A DNA stretch of 64,000 nucleotides from Leucoraja ocellata (taxonomy: Eukaryota): assembly GCA_036785375.1 (NCBI GenBank), contig JAWMAR010000341.1, forward strand, positions 186,001 to 250,000. Reading direction: 5' to 3'. The notes under the pieces are model-generated. The model was not told the DNA's origin, ran no database searches, and saw only the letters and a program-made list of their open reading frames with translations. Position 1 is the stretch's first letter; the number at the start of each line of letters is the position of its first letter. Positions 12,758 to 23,871 of the stretch are shown here, one piece after another. A program made the position numbers and the translations under genes.

Positions 12758-13149
12758 ATCACAACAGGCAGTTTAAAAGCATTATAGATGTAATTGAGTT
12801 GAGAGAGAAAGGATTGAGAGATATTTTGAGAAGATGAAAAGGTTTATCAACCTTTTTTTTTCTTAAAATATCTTATGATCCTTAACTCAAAACATAACAT
12901 TTTGAATTGATTCTTAATTGTTTTAAAGAATGTTGACAAAATTAGCTGAAGTATAGCAGAAGTTAGCTCATGTGGAGTATATCTCTAGTTTTCGTGTTGA
13001 AAATATCAATGTAATTTCTTTACATGGCATTTTTGCACTTCGCTGAAGCAATCAAATAAGATTGTTTAGCATCTTTCTCATTTGTGGCGGTTTGCAAAAT
13101 TTTCATCTGCATATCGTGTTTGCTCCAAGCTGTGATCTTAGTCAAAGAA

Positions 13150-13730
13150 TCCCCAACAGACCCAATCCTGTGCGAACTGGCATCAAGCAGGGCTGCATCA
13201 TTATTCCAAAACCTTTCTCAATCTTACTTGCTGCAATGCTGTAAGCTACCTCAAGCTTCTGGCTGGAGTGGAACTAATCTACTGGACAAATGGGAAATGT
13301 TCATCCCTTGTTGCCTCCACTCCAATACCAAGGTCACCTCAACCTCGCCCGTAAGTTGTATCACCTAGATCACACTTGCTCATGTGCACCTTCTAAGAAG
13401 AAGCTTCAAGTTGATGACTCTTTTACTGCAGCACGAGAGAACATGGACTTCACACTTTTCATCCATAAAATAAACACTGCCTTTAGACAGTAGATAATCC
13501 ATAATGAGATCCTGGGAAAGATGGGCTACCTCTTATATCTGTAAAGACGCCTCACAATCAAGGTAGATACAGATTATGAAATTTACCAATGGGAGACTGA
13601 GGAATAAAGTGTTGAACCTCCAAACTTATATAAAGTGGGGAACACGGACCCCTCTCCTGCTGTATACTTCTGAGACGTGGATTCATTCCACCAGGCACCT
13701 CAAAGCACTGGAGAGACACCACCAAACAAA
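13150..13730 (+). mobile_element. Degraded RTE-clade LINE RT fragment
   Basis: Translated motifs VRTGIKQGCIIIPKPFSILLAAML and LLYTSETW...LKALERHHQ. Confidence 0.75.
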
Positions 13731-14028
13731 CACAAAGTGTAGGACTAACTCAGTGGGCCAGGCAGCATTTCTGGAGAAGATTGATAGGTGATGTTTTGGG
13801 TCGGGCTCTTCTTCAAACTGATTGTAGGGGAGGGAGTGTGAAGAAAGCTGGGAGAGAGGAGAGGCAGAACAATGCATGGTTGCTATGGGCACTTGCATCG
13901 GCTCCAGCTATGCCCACCTTTTCGTTGGTTATGTCGAACAGTCCTTGTTTCAGGCATACATTGGCAACTTCCCCAACTCTTTGTGTCCTTTTGTGTCAAG
14001 CAGCATCTGCAGTTCTTTGTTTCCACAC
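13730..14028. mobile_element. Penelope-like element remnant
   Basis: RT fragment VAMGTCIGSSYAHLFVGYVEQSLFQAY (13876-13975), flanked by the palindromic terminal motifs. Confidence 0.7.
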
Positions 14029-17000
14029 AGAGATACCACCAATGGTATCAGAGATACCACCAATGGTATCTCTGCAAAATCATCCAAATACACTGGTAGA
14101 ATAAGCAAATCAGTGGAATTAATTGGGTAGTTCCTTCAAAGTGACACCAGTGACATTTTGAGGCCCAAAACTCAATTGGTTCCCATGAGCCCCATTGTTT
14201 GCCTGATCCCGTATTCTTGAAGCCGATATCCTATTCTGAATATTGTCACGGCAAGAGAATTACCTGAGTACAAATGTTACATTTTAAGGATTATTTAAAG
14301 CTTCCTTGAAAAAGTGTATTATCCCCACCGACTTGTGGGAATCTTTAGCCCATGGCCACTTAACATAAAGGGCATTTGGAAACACATTAAGACCATAAAG
14401 ACCACATGTTAAGACCACTCAGAAAATCGGTGGGGATGGTGCAAGGAGCACCCATTCTCAAACCACCTGCATACTTCCTGTCACCTACTTCACCTGCGGC
14501 AGTGATTAAGGATTCGACATTGGTTAGGAACCGCAGTGCAAGGAAGTCATCCTTAATTCTGAAGGACTGCGAAGAAGAAGAATTTCTGCACTCAGTCAGT
14601 GCTATCAACATCCTTTTGAAGCTATGCAGCCCTCTGCAAATAATAATGCAAATCTGACCCAGTTAAGAATTGCTTCTCACCGCTCATGATAGGCATTCTC
14701 GTTACTACTCAGTCTGCCTGATAACAACTTAATGTGAATAAGATGCACATAATGAGTGAATAATAATCAGATATATTTCCTTTTTCCCTTTTTTACTCAT
14801 GTATACCATCATGTGTTCACCTTTAACATTTACCATACCTGGCTCATAACTTGTTAGTAATCTGTGTTGAACTGAAATGCAGCTCCATCAATTCGCTTGG
14901 GCTCTTTGAATGCCGTTCGTTAGTCTCTGGGCTCCCAATCTCCCGATTGTGCCGATATATCTTACTGTGCATTACATGTGCAGTGAAAATTTCTTCTGCG
15001 GATTGTTACTTCCTCGCTGTAAATCAAACATTTTTCTTCATGAATATTTCAGATTCCTGAACTTTTTGATGTTTTTTCTTCTAAAAATATTTTTATTCCC
15101 TTCACATTTTCACCTCCCCCATCCCTAACAACAGCCATCTTTCCTTGAGCTGGTAAATTATGCTTGAGTATGATTTCCGAGGGGCTTCTGTGACCTTTGG
15201 AGGCCTGTCCAAGTGGCCATTTGGTATTGCAGTATCATGGAATTGTATAGCACACTGGGAGACAATTTGGACCGTTGTGCTTGTACTGGTTCTTTGAAGG
15301 AACTACCCAATTAATTCCAATTCCCTCTCTATTGCCCCGCAAATTACTTTCTGAGCACTTATCCCATTCTCATTTGAAAGATATGTTTGAATCAGCTACT
15401 ACACCCTTTCAAACAATAAATCATGGATCATGATAATTTGTTGACTGAAATGATCTTATTATCTTAAACTATGTCATGCTCAGCCACACCATTACAAGGG
15501 GGAATAGTATCTCAATAATTCGATCAATATTCCCTATAATTTCCAAATTTTCTATCCAATACTATGTTGTCTGGTGTCCTAATTTCACACTCTCCATAAA
15601 CTTTAACGTAGAAAGCTCCGTAGCTTGTATTCTAATTTGCATCAATTCCCATTCCCCCCACACCCCTGTGTTTATTGATCTACATTGGTTGTCAATGGTT
15701 TGAGTTTAAAATTCTTATCTTAATTTCAAATCACTCCATGTCGTTTGCCAATCCCTTTCTCTGTAACTTCCTCCAGCCCCATAATCTTTTGAGATGTACC
15801 TCCCATGAATTTCCTTATTATTTCATTTGAAAGCATGTTCTTCAACTGCCCAGGTCCTAAGCTCTATATATCCCTGCCACCTCCACCATGCCATGTGTCT
15901 TTCTACCATTCTCTCCTTTGTTAAGGTCCTAAAACCTTTAGAAACAATATCATTTTGTGGACTTGCCAGAACATGCCATTTAAAGCACAATTGTGTGGCT
16001 CAATGAGTCCAACACTTGTGATACATATGTGAATACTTGCGATTCCCATTACCCATTTTTAGCCACATCACCATTATATCTTCATATGCTTTTATTTCTG
16101 ATATGTTTATTTTGTTTTCTTTAAATATATCACCTTATTTATTTCAACTACCCCTTATTATTGTCACCTCCACAATTAGTAAACATTCTAGTAAAAGATT
16201 TTCTCCTGACTTTCCATGAGATTTGTTAGTGACTATTTCATATTTTATACTCATGGCCCATAGTTCTGGTCTTGCTTATATGAAAAGGTTTCTGCGTCTA
16301 CCATAACCAACACTTTCATAACCCTAGTCTTCATCATGTCGCACTCATTCCTCACTTTCCTCAAGCCCATTCCACCTGGTTTCTATTAGCTAAACTTTTA
16401 TATTTCCATTTAATCTCTTTTCACTTTTTCTTGCATTTTTGTGTCCTTTTATAATCCAAATGACCAGAACCATTTACATGCTTAATGCGTAGTTTCACAT
16501 AATTTTACTGATCTTCAATTTTATCCTGTATTTTATTGTATAATTAATGTGTGTGGATAACTTTAATTATTTGCATATATGTCCCTCCTCACCCATGTAG
16601 ACACTAATTTTTCATAAGGTTTCTGTAATTGTGCCAACCAAAATGCTTTATCTTTGTCTGTTGTATCTGTTCTATACAGAAGTTAAATTTGCCAATTTAA
16701 TACTATTTCTGAAAGGTTTTTCATATTTTCCCTGCAATTTGTTGAAGTCCTCTGAATAAAATGCAATTCCCAACATGGTGGCTTCTTAATATCTTAATTG
16801 TACAATCTAAAGTTTTACCTTTGATTTCCTATTTAAATAAATTTACAGTGGACCAAGATTCTCTTGTAATACCATTTCCCGCCTTTTCGCCAACTGAGTA
16901 ACTGCCTTTGAACTATTCTGTTGAACAAGCTTGTTTTCAGTATTATAGCCAGCTTGACATAATTTCTAGTGATGAAATGTCCTTTTGTGTAAACTAGCAT

Positions 17001-17626
17001 CTGCAATTCCTCAATATGTTCTCTAGTTTTTTCTTTGATTCTAGAATTCATAATCTTACACAAGAGTGTACTATGTGCCATTTTATCCAAATATATACAA
17101 TTACTGCATAACTCTTACACTTTCTGATACTTCTTTCAAGAATTCAGTAAGTGCACTAGATTTTTCCCTTTGGAATTATGATTATTACTCCTTATTATAT
17201 TTTCAGCTTCCTGGTGTGTATTTTATATATCTTTGGCTAAACATTCAAGTATTTTCCTGCTATTGGCTTTAGTTCTTAAATAAAATGTTTGATTTCCGCC
17301 AGTCCTATTCCTTTTTCCAATTATTTTTTATTGGAATCACCTTTTGTTAGATTAAACTGCTGCATTTTACCTTACAATATTTTGGAACATTTTTAGATTT
17401 AAGATGGTAGATTCCAGAATTACATTTCCCTGAAACCAGGGGATCACAGGGGTCTTAAAATAATGATGGGCCAGTCAAGACAGAGATGTGAAAAAAATTA
17501 TTTGCTCAGAGGGTAATGAATCTTTGGAATTCTTTACCTAAGAGGGGTGTGCAGGCTGAGTTGCTGAGAATGTTCAAGGGAGTGACTAAGAGATTTTTTG
17601 ATATTAAAGGAATCAAGGTATTCAGT

Positions 17627-17766
17627 CTTCTTCTTGCGTGTGGCGTGCACAGCCTAAAGTTGTAAGACAACTTGTTCTGTTTGATCTTCTGTTTGTTTTG
17701 TGCATGCCAGGTTGATTGCATTCGTCGAAACAGGGTGGACCACGTGAAGGTTGCAATCTCCCACAG
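17627..17766 (-). mobile_element. Short retroposed element with (GAA)n tail
   Basis: 13-bp TSD CAAGGT(A/G)TTCAGT at 17614-17626 and 17767-17779. The tail CGCAAGAAGAAG matches the RTE-X-like ends at 8336 and 25819. Confidence 0.6.
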
Positions 17767-19077
17767 CAAGGTGTTCAGTTAGTTCAGGGAAGTGGAAAGA
17801 TCTACCACAACGGAGAGTCTAAATGTCCCACTCCTGCATCTTCTGCTGTTATGTATGTGTTGGCTGCTGCAATGTTTGGAGAACATGATAAATTAAATCA
17901 GGTTTAACTGGGCAAAGAGAGTCATAGGATAAACCTGAAACTTTAACTCTATTTAAATCCCCCAGATGAGTCCTGACCAGTTGTGCATTTTCTATTTTGA
18001 CTTTAGATTCCCAGCTATTTTGATTTTCAAAGAGGAGTACATTTGACTGGTTTTGCAAGCTCATTCAATGCTAGCATTAAGGAAATTTCAGCAAGGCACA
18101 ACTTTTAACTAAAGCGATTTCCATTGAATGCCAGGAATGGACTAATGGGTAAATATTAGCAGGAACAGGCTGACCAGAGAGGCTAAGCACTGGTAACAAC
18201 TTTCAGAATCAGGAACGTTGTTGTTGACAAAGGTTTTTTGACCTCAAACATTGGACATGCTTTCTCTCTTACAGATGCCGAGTGTCTTCTGTATTTATTT
18301 CAGAATTATAGCATCTGCATTAAAACAAATTATGTTATCTTGAGATATTAAGGTCAACCAGCAACATCTTAGCTGAACATAATGAAAATTATTTATGTAG
18401 AGCTGTTGTCATACAGCATGGAAAAAGGGCCTTTGGCCCTATCCATCCATACTGACCAAGATGCCCTATTCAAGCTAGTCCCATTTTCCCATGCCTACCC
18501 CTCTAAACCTTACCTATCCATGTACCTGCCCAAATGTCTTTTAAATGTTGCTATTGAACCAGCCTCAATCACTTCCTCTGGCCGTTCATTTCATATACCC
18601 ATCACCCACTATATGAAAAAGTTGCCCCTCAAGTTCCCTTCGAGTTCCCTCTCATTTTAAACCTGTACCTTGTTTCAGAAGATGATCTATTGTATTCATT
18701 TATAGTACCATTTGACTGGATAGCATGCTCTCTGTTCATGTGACAATAAGCTAACTAACTAGAAGCTAGACACAAAAACTGGAGTAACTCAGTGGGTCAG
18801 ACAGCATCTCTGGAGAACTAACTAGTTCTTGATCCCCCTACCCTGGAAAAAAGACCATGTGCAATACAATTGGAATGCTTTTGAGTCTGAGTTGATGGTA
18901 CTTAGGGGGTACCAGTATCAGCACTGAGTCAAGCTCTTGCACAGTTTAGTGCCAAAACTAAATTATACGATGGACGTTTGGGAGACCTCTGGCCCAACAA
19001 CCATTCGGCGTAAGTAGTTGGAGGGATTGTGTAGTGCAGTCAAATTTGGGTGCAAAACTCTGAAAAGTCAGTTTGTG

Positions 19078-19445
19078 TGTAAGAAGCAACTGCAGATGCT
19101 GGTTTAATCCGAAGATAGACACAAAAAGCTGGAGTAACTCAGCAGGACAGGCAGTATCTCTGGAGAGAAGGAATGGGTGATGTTTCGGGTCGAGACCCTT
19201 CTTCAGACTGAAGAGAATTATTATGTTATCTTGAGATATTAAGGACAACCAGCAACATCCTTGCTGAACACAATGAAAATTATTTATGTGGAGTTGTTGA
19301 GATACAGCATGGAAAAAGGCATCCATACTGACTAAGATGCCCTATTCAAACTAGCCCCAGACTGAAGAAAGGTCTCGACCCGAAACATCACCCATTCCTT
19401 CTCTCCAGATGCTGCCTGCCCCGCTGAGTTACCCCAGCTTTTTGT
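19078..19445. mobile_element. Penelope-derived palindromic element with a central insertion
   Basis: Inverted arms ending in acacaaaaagctgg / ccagctttttgtgt. 11-bp TSD GTCAGTTTGTG at 19067-19077 and 19446-19456. Confidence 0.8.
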
Positions 19446-19625
19446 GTCAGTTTGTGGTTGGTATGTAAAGTGGTCGCCAAACATGGACTTGCTGAGGGTT
19501 TCCACCCAAACAATGCAATGGAGTAGGCAGGCACCCGAGCGTTTTAGTACTCAAGATTGCCGCTGCTAGTTCTTGGTTTCTTGGTCTTCCAAAATATTCC
19601 AAATGGAATTTAAACTGTAGGTTTA

Positions 19626-19845
19626 ATCTCTGGAATTCTCTGCCACAGAAGGTAGTTGAGGCCAATTCGTTGACTATATTTAAGAGGGAGTTAGATGTTG
19701 CCCTTGTGGCTAAAGGGATCAGTGGGTATGGAGAGAAGGCAGGTACAGGATACTGAGTTGGATGATCAGCCATGATCATATTGAATGGCGGTGCAGGCTC
19801 GAAGGGCCAAATGGCCTACTCCTGCACCTATTTTTCTATGTTTCT
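19626..19845 (+). mobile_element. Young CR1 3' fragment
   Basis: Near-identical to 12535-12755. Confidence 0.9.
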
Positions 19846-19876
19846 AGGCGGTGGAGGGAGGACTTAAGCCAGAAAG

Positions 19877-20739
19877 TAGGTATGTTACAAAACCTACCTG
19901 AATCGTCATTGGGAATCTGCCCTCAGCCATGGCCGCGATTTTGGCGCTGTTTGGAGGGGGCGGGTTTAAAACGCGATTTTTACTAGGCTGTACTAATCGC
20001 ACATGTTCAGCCTAGTAAATCATTAACGAAAAATCGCTGCAAGACCCGGTCGCAAAAGGTATTATTAGTTTTATAGGCCTCGATAATATAGTTCTAATAG
20101 TTTTAAAATGACTGTTTCATTCCGCAACCTCTCGCAGCCCCAGGGTTTTATAGAGCAAACAATTAAAGGTATGTACCTTATTTTTACATTAAATGGGGCA
20201 TATATATAACCTTATATATCAAGTTATCTACAGCGAGTAGCTCATTTCGGGCTTTTTATATCCCGCAGTATTTTTCTCGGCATTTGAGGGCACTAATCCA
20301 GCGCTATGTCAACGTTCTAAACCAGCGCGTTCCACATGAACCCACTAGAAAGCCGATTTAAATGGGCATTTATTTACAGCAATTGAACACTAAATTCCTT
20401 CCATTTGGCCTATAAATTAATGTAAATTAGATATAAAAATCATGTTATATTGTGAATTATTTGTGAATAATCTTTGGACACTTAGGCTATTTAAAAATGT
20501 TAATCTTTCCTTAAGAAATGTGCTTTTGATTATCCAAGATCACAGCTTTTTTGTAATGTCCATTGAAAATCAATAGGGAACAAGATGCTAATTTCCGAGT
20601 ATGAAAATGGTCATAACTTTTTTAATACTTGAGATATGAAAGTGAATTTGGTGTCAAATTAAACTTATTGTTATGCTTTATCTGATGGGATAAATTGCAG
20701 ACTTGATTTTTTAAATCTCAAACTTTTGTAACATTGCTA
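19877..20739. mobile_element. Non-autonomous DNA transposon (TAG...CTA termini, 7-bp TSD), hAT-like
   Basis: TIRs TAGGTATGTTACAAAA / TTTTGTAACATTGCTA match at 14 of 16 positions. Flanking direct repeat CAGAAAG at 19870-19876 and 20740-20746. Confidence 0.75.
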
Positions 20740-20837
20740 CAGAAAGGGTTATTGGGAAGAAAGAGCTACTTTAAATTTAGTTGCACCTGGTTGGGTAACT
20801 ATAGTAGGGTGGAGATTATTTCATGCTTTCATTGTTA

Positions 20838-21130
20838 ACGAGGCTGGCTCGGTACCGCTTCCCCCCGGCTGTTGATGCAGGAACAGGCACAATAATCCAA
20901 CAGATTCCCATCAGGTCGACGCTTTAAGACATCAGAGTGCGATAAGATGTGCAGCATAAACGTAGCGCGCAGTGCTGTGAGTGAAGGGTGATCCGGTGGT
21001 TGCTAGGCACCGCGGGATCCCGGGTCCAACTGTCAACGCGGTGGCGGGCGCTAGGACCTCGCGGACGCTCCACAGGTGCCGCGATCGGGGCGGGAAAGTC
21101 ATCGTGAGCCGCCTCTGCCAAGGCGCTGAA
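20838..21130. promoter_or_regulatory. Orphan CpG-rich island with RFX X-box-like and GC/E2F motifs
   Basis: High CpG density against a CpG-depleted background. GTTGCTAGGCACC at 20999-21011 and GGGGCGGGAAA at 21087-21097. Confidence 0.45.
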
Positions 21131-21869
21131 ATTCAAATAATTAGCGGAAAAAAAGAGAACATTCTCCCTAAAACATGAGGAAACCCCCTCGTAAAAACCG
21201 TCAGAGAGCAGGTATCTGGAGATTAAAATGCCATTTTGGTGTATATTGTAACACATTTGGGCTCTGATTTGCAGGGGGAAAGCACCTCGTGAATGAACTT
21301 TCCCACCTCATTTATAATTGAATAGAAAAGGAATGCCGAGCGAGGGCCAACATTTGAAAACTTCCACCTCATGAATTCATCCTTACCTTCACTCAGAAGA
21401 TTCTGAGTTGGATTAATCCATTTTACATCAAATAAAATCTATAACCACCCCCACCTCCCAAACAGGCCATTCGGCCCATTTAGTTCATGCACGTGTACAT
21501 AAAAGAACGACTGCTGGAGGTCGAGCAGCGTCTGTGGAGGGAAGGATCGACGCTTCAGGTTTTGTTCCTGCGTCAGGACTTTGCAACCACAGTCAGACGC
21601 TGCTCGACCCGTTGAGCTCCTCCAGCAGTCGTTTGGTCCAGATTGCAGCAGCTGCAGTTTCATCATGTGTCTCCAGTTCACACATATTTGTCCAACTGGT
21701 ACTGTCACATTAATTTATTTGGTATCACCCTATCAGAGAAACTGATTTTGTTCTATCCTTTTCTATCTGCTATTGAAAAGTAATTTGTTTCTTTGTCTTT
21801 CCCAGTTCCGACGTGATTTCTGAAGGTGAGACGTAACTCTGTTTCTCTTTCAAAGGATTGGGGGTAGTG

Positions 21870-22790
21870 CTTGGTAAACACAGCGCTTGGTGAATAACCC
21901 CCTTGGTAAACACAGCCCTTGGTAAACAAAACCTTTGGTAAACACAACCCTTGGTAAACACAGCCCTTGGTAAACACAACCCTTGGTAAACACAGCCCTT
22001 GGTAAACACAGCCCTTGGTAAACACAGCCCTTGGTAAACACAACCCTTGGTAAACACAGCCCTTGGTAAACACAACCCTTGGTAAACACAGCCCTTGGTA
22101 AACACAACCCTTGGTAAATACACCCCTTGGTAAACACACCCCTTGGTAAATACACCCCTTGGTAAACACAGCCCTTGGTAAACACAGCCCTTGGTAAACA
22201 CAGCCCTTGGTAAACACAGCCCTTGGTAAACACAGCCCTTGGTAAACACAGCCCTTGGTAAACACAACCCTTGGTAAACACAGCCCTTGGTAAACACAAC
22301 CCTTGGTAAACACAGCCCTTGGTAAACACAACCCTTGGTAAATACACCCCTTGGTAAACACACCCCTTGGTAAATACACCCCTTGGTAAATACACCCCTT
22401 GGTAAACACAGCCCTTGGTAAACACAGCCCTTGGTAAACACAACCCTTGGTAAACACAACCCTTGGTAAATACACCCCTTGGTAAACACAGCCCTTGGTA
22501 AACACAGCCCTTGGTAAACACAGCCCTTGGTAAACACAGCCCTTGGTAAACACACCCCTTGGTAAATACACCCCTTGGTAAATACAAGCCTTGGTAAACA
22601 CAACCCTTAGTAAACAGAACCCTTGGTAAATACAAGCCTTGTGTGTAAACACAACCCTTGGTAAACAAAACCTTTGGTAAACACAAGCCTTGGTAAACAC
22701 AACTCTTGTGTGTAAACACAACCCTTGGTAAATACACCCCTTGGTAAACACAAGCCTTGTGTGTAAACACGACCCTTGGTAAACACAACC
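21870..22790. repeat. 17-bp minisatellite (CTTGGTAAA(C/T)ACA(G/A/C)CCC), ~54 copies
   Basis: Directly visible head-to-tail array without spacers. More diverged units and a few 20-bp units at the right end. Confidence 0.97.
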
Positions 22791-22989
22791 TCAACCTTGA
22801 GGCGTCTATTTCTCATTATGTTTGTCATCTCCAGACTTTTGGCTATTCTGGGGGTCCTTGGTGGATCATTTATCTCCCACTTCATGTAAACTTGATCTCA
22901 TTCAAATTTGTACTGCCTGAATCCCATAACTTTTAGCTTGCTGACTTACATTGACTCTGGCAGATAGTTGATATAATATCTATATTTAA

Positions 22990-23470
22990 GAAGGGGACTA
23001 GGACATTTCTTGGCAATGATAGACCAGTCAATTTAATACCGGGATAGGAAAAATAACAGAATTGCCATTAAAAGAGAAAATAAAACAGACAGAAAAGAAA
23101 AGTATAATCATGGTCAGTATGGATTTCCAAAGCGAAAAACTATTTGAACAATCTAACTTTTTGAGGAAGTAACAGTGGAAATAGGCAATGATATGAAGAC
23201 AACCCATATTAATTCAAGACTAAACGAATAAGATCAGAGAATGCAGAGCCTGGGGGGACAACTAACATAAATGATAGCTAACTGGCTTCAAGACCAAAAG
23301 CAGAGAATATGAGTAAAGAAAACTGTGTTGGGAGAAATTGGATATTGCTGTTCCATAAAACGTATTGCTGGGATCACTTACATTTATGATTTAGACTTTG
23401 GAATCAAAAACAACTGAAAATTGTGGATAATGCCAAATTGGAAGGAATAGTCAATTTTGAAGAGAACTGC
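22990..23470 (+). mobile_element. Old degraded CR1 RT fragment
   Basis: Remnants of the RPVSL, QYGF, LNNLTFFEEVT, WLQD.KQR and DNAKLEG motifs. Confidence 0.6.
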
Positions 23471-23496
23471 AACAAATCACAGGAGAACCGTAATAA

Positions 23497-23871
23497 ATGC
23501 AGAAGTCTTGGCTTAAGTTTAAGTTCAGGAACTGCAGGAAACATGTTCCCGATGTTGGGGGCGTCCAGAACCAGGGGCCACAGTTTAAGAATAAGGGGTA
23601 AGCCATTTAGAATGGAGATGAGGAAAAACTTTTTCACACAGAGAGTTGTGAGTCTCTCTGCCGCAGAGGGCGAAGGAGGCTGGTTCTCTGGATGCTTTCA
23701 AGAGAGAGCTTGACAGAGCTCTTAAAGATAGCAGAGTCAAGGGATATGGGGAGGAGGCAGGAACGGGGTACTGATTGTGGATAATCAGCCATGATCACAT
23801 TGAATGGTGGTGCTGGCTCGAGGGGCCGAATGGCCCACTCCTGCACCTATTGTCTATTGCCTATTGTCTAT
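23497..23871 (+). mobile_element. CR1 3' fragment, (TTGTCTA)n-tail subfamily
   Basis: AGNMFPMLGASRTRGHSLRIRGKPFRMEMRKNFFTQRVV. Homologous to 39648-40118. Confidence 0.9.

Noticed and set aside
14029-14070. Short local tandem duplications (also ~6757-6795, 26092-26151, 44545-44595, 62584-62609)
   Set aside because: Ordinary slippage or repair duplications with no further structure.
21870-22790. CRISPR-like array
   Set aside because: No unique spacers, no cas genes, and a eukaryotic context.
21753-22885. Three long overlapping minus-strand ORFs (277-332 aa)
   Set aside because: Artefact of a 17-bp repeat with no stop codon on that strand. All frames give the same permuted peptide.
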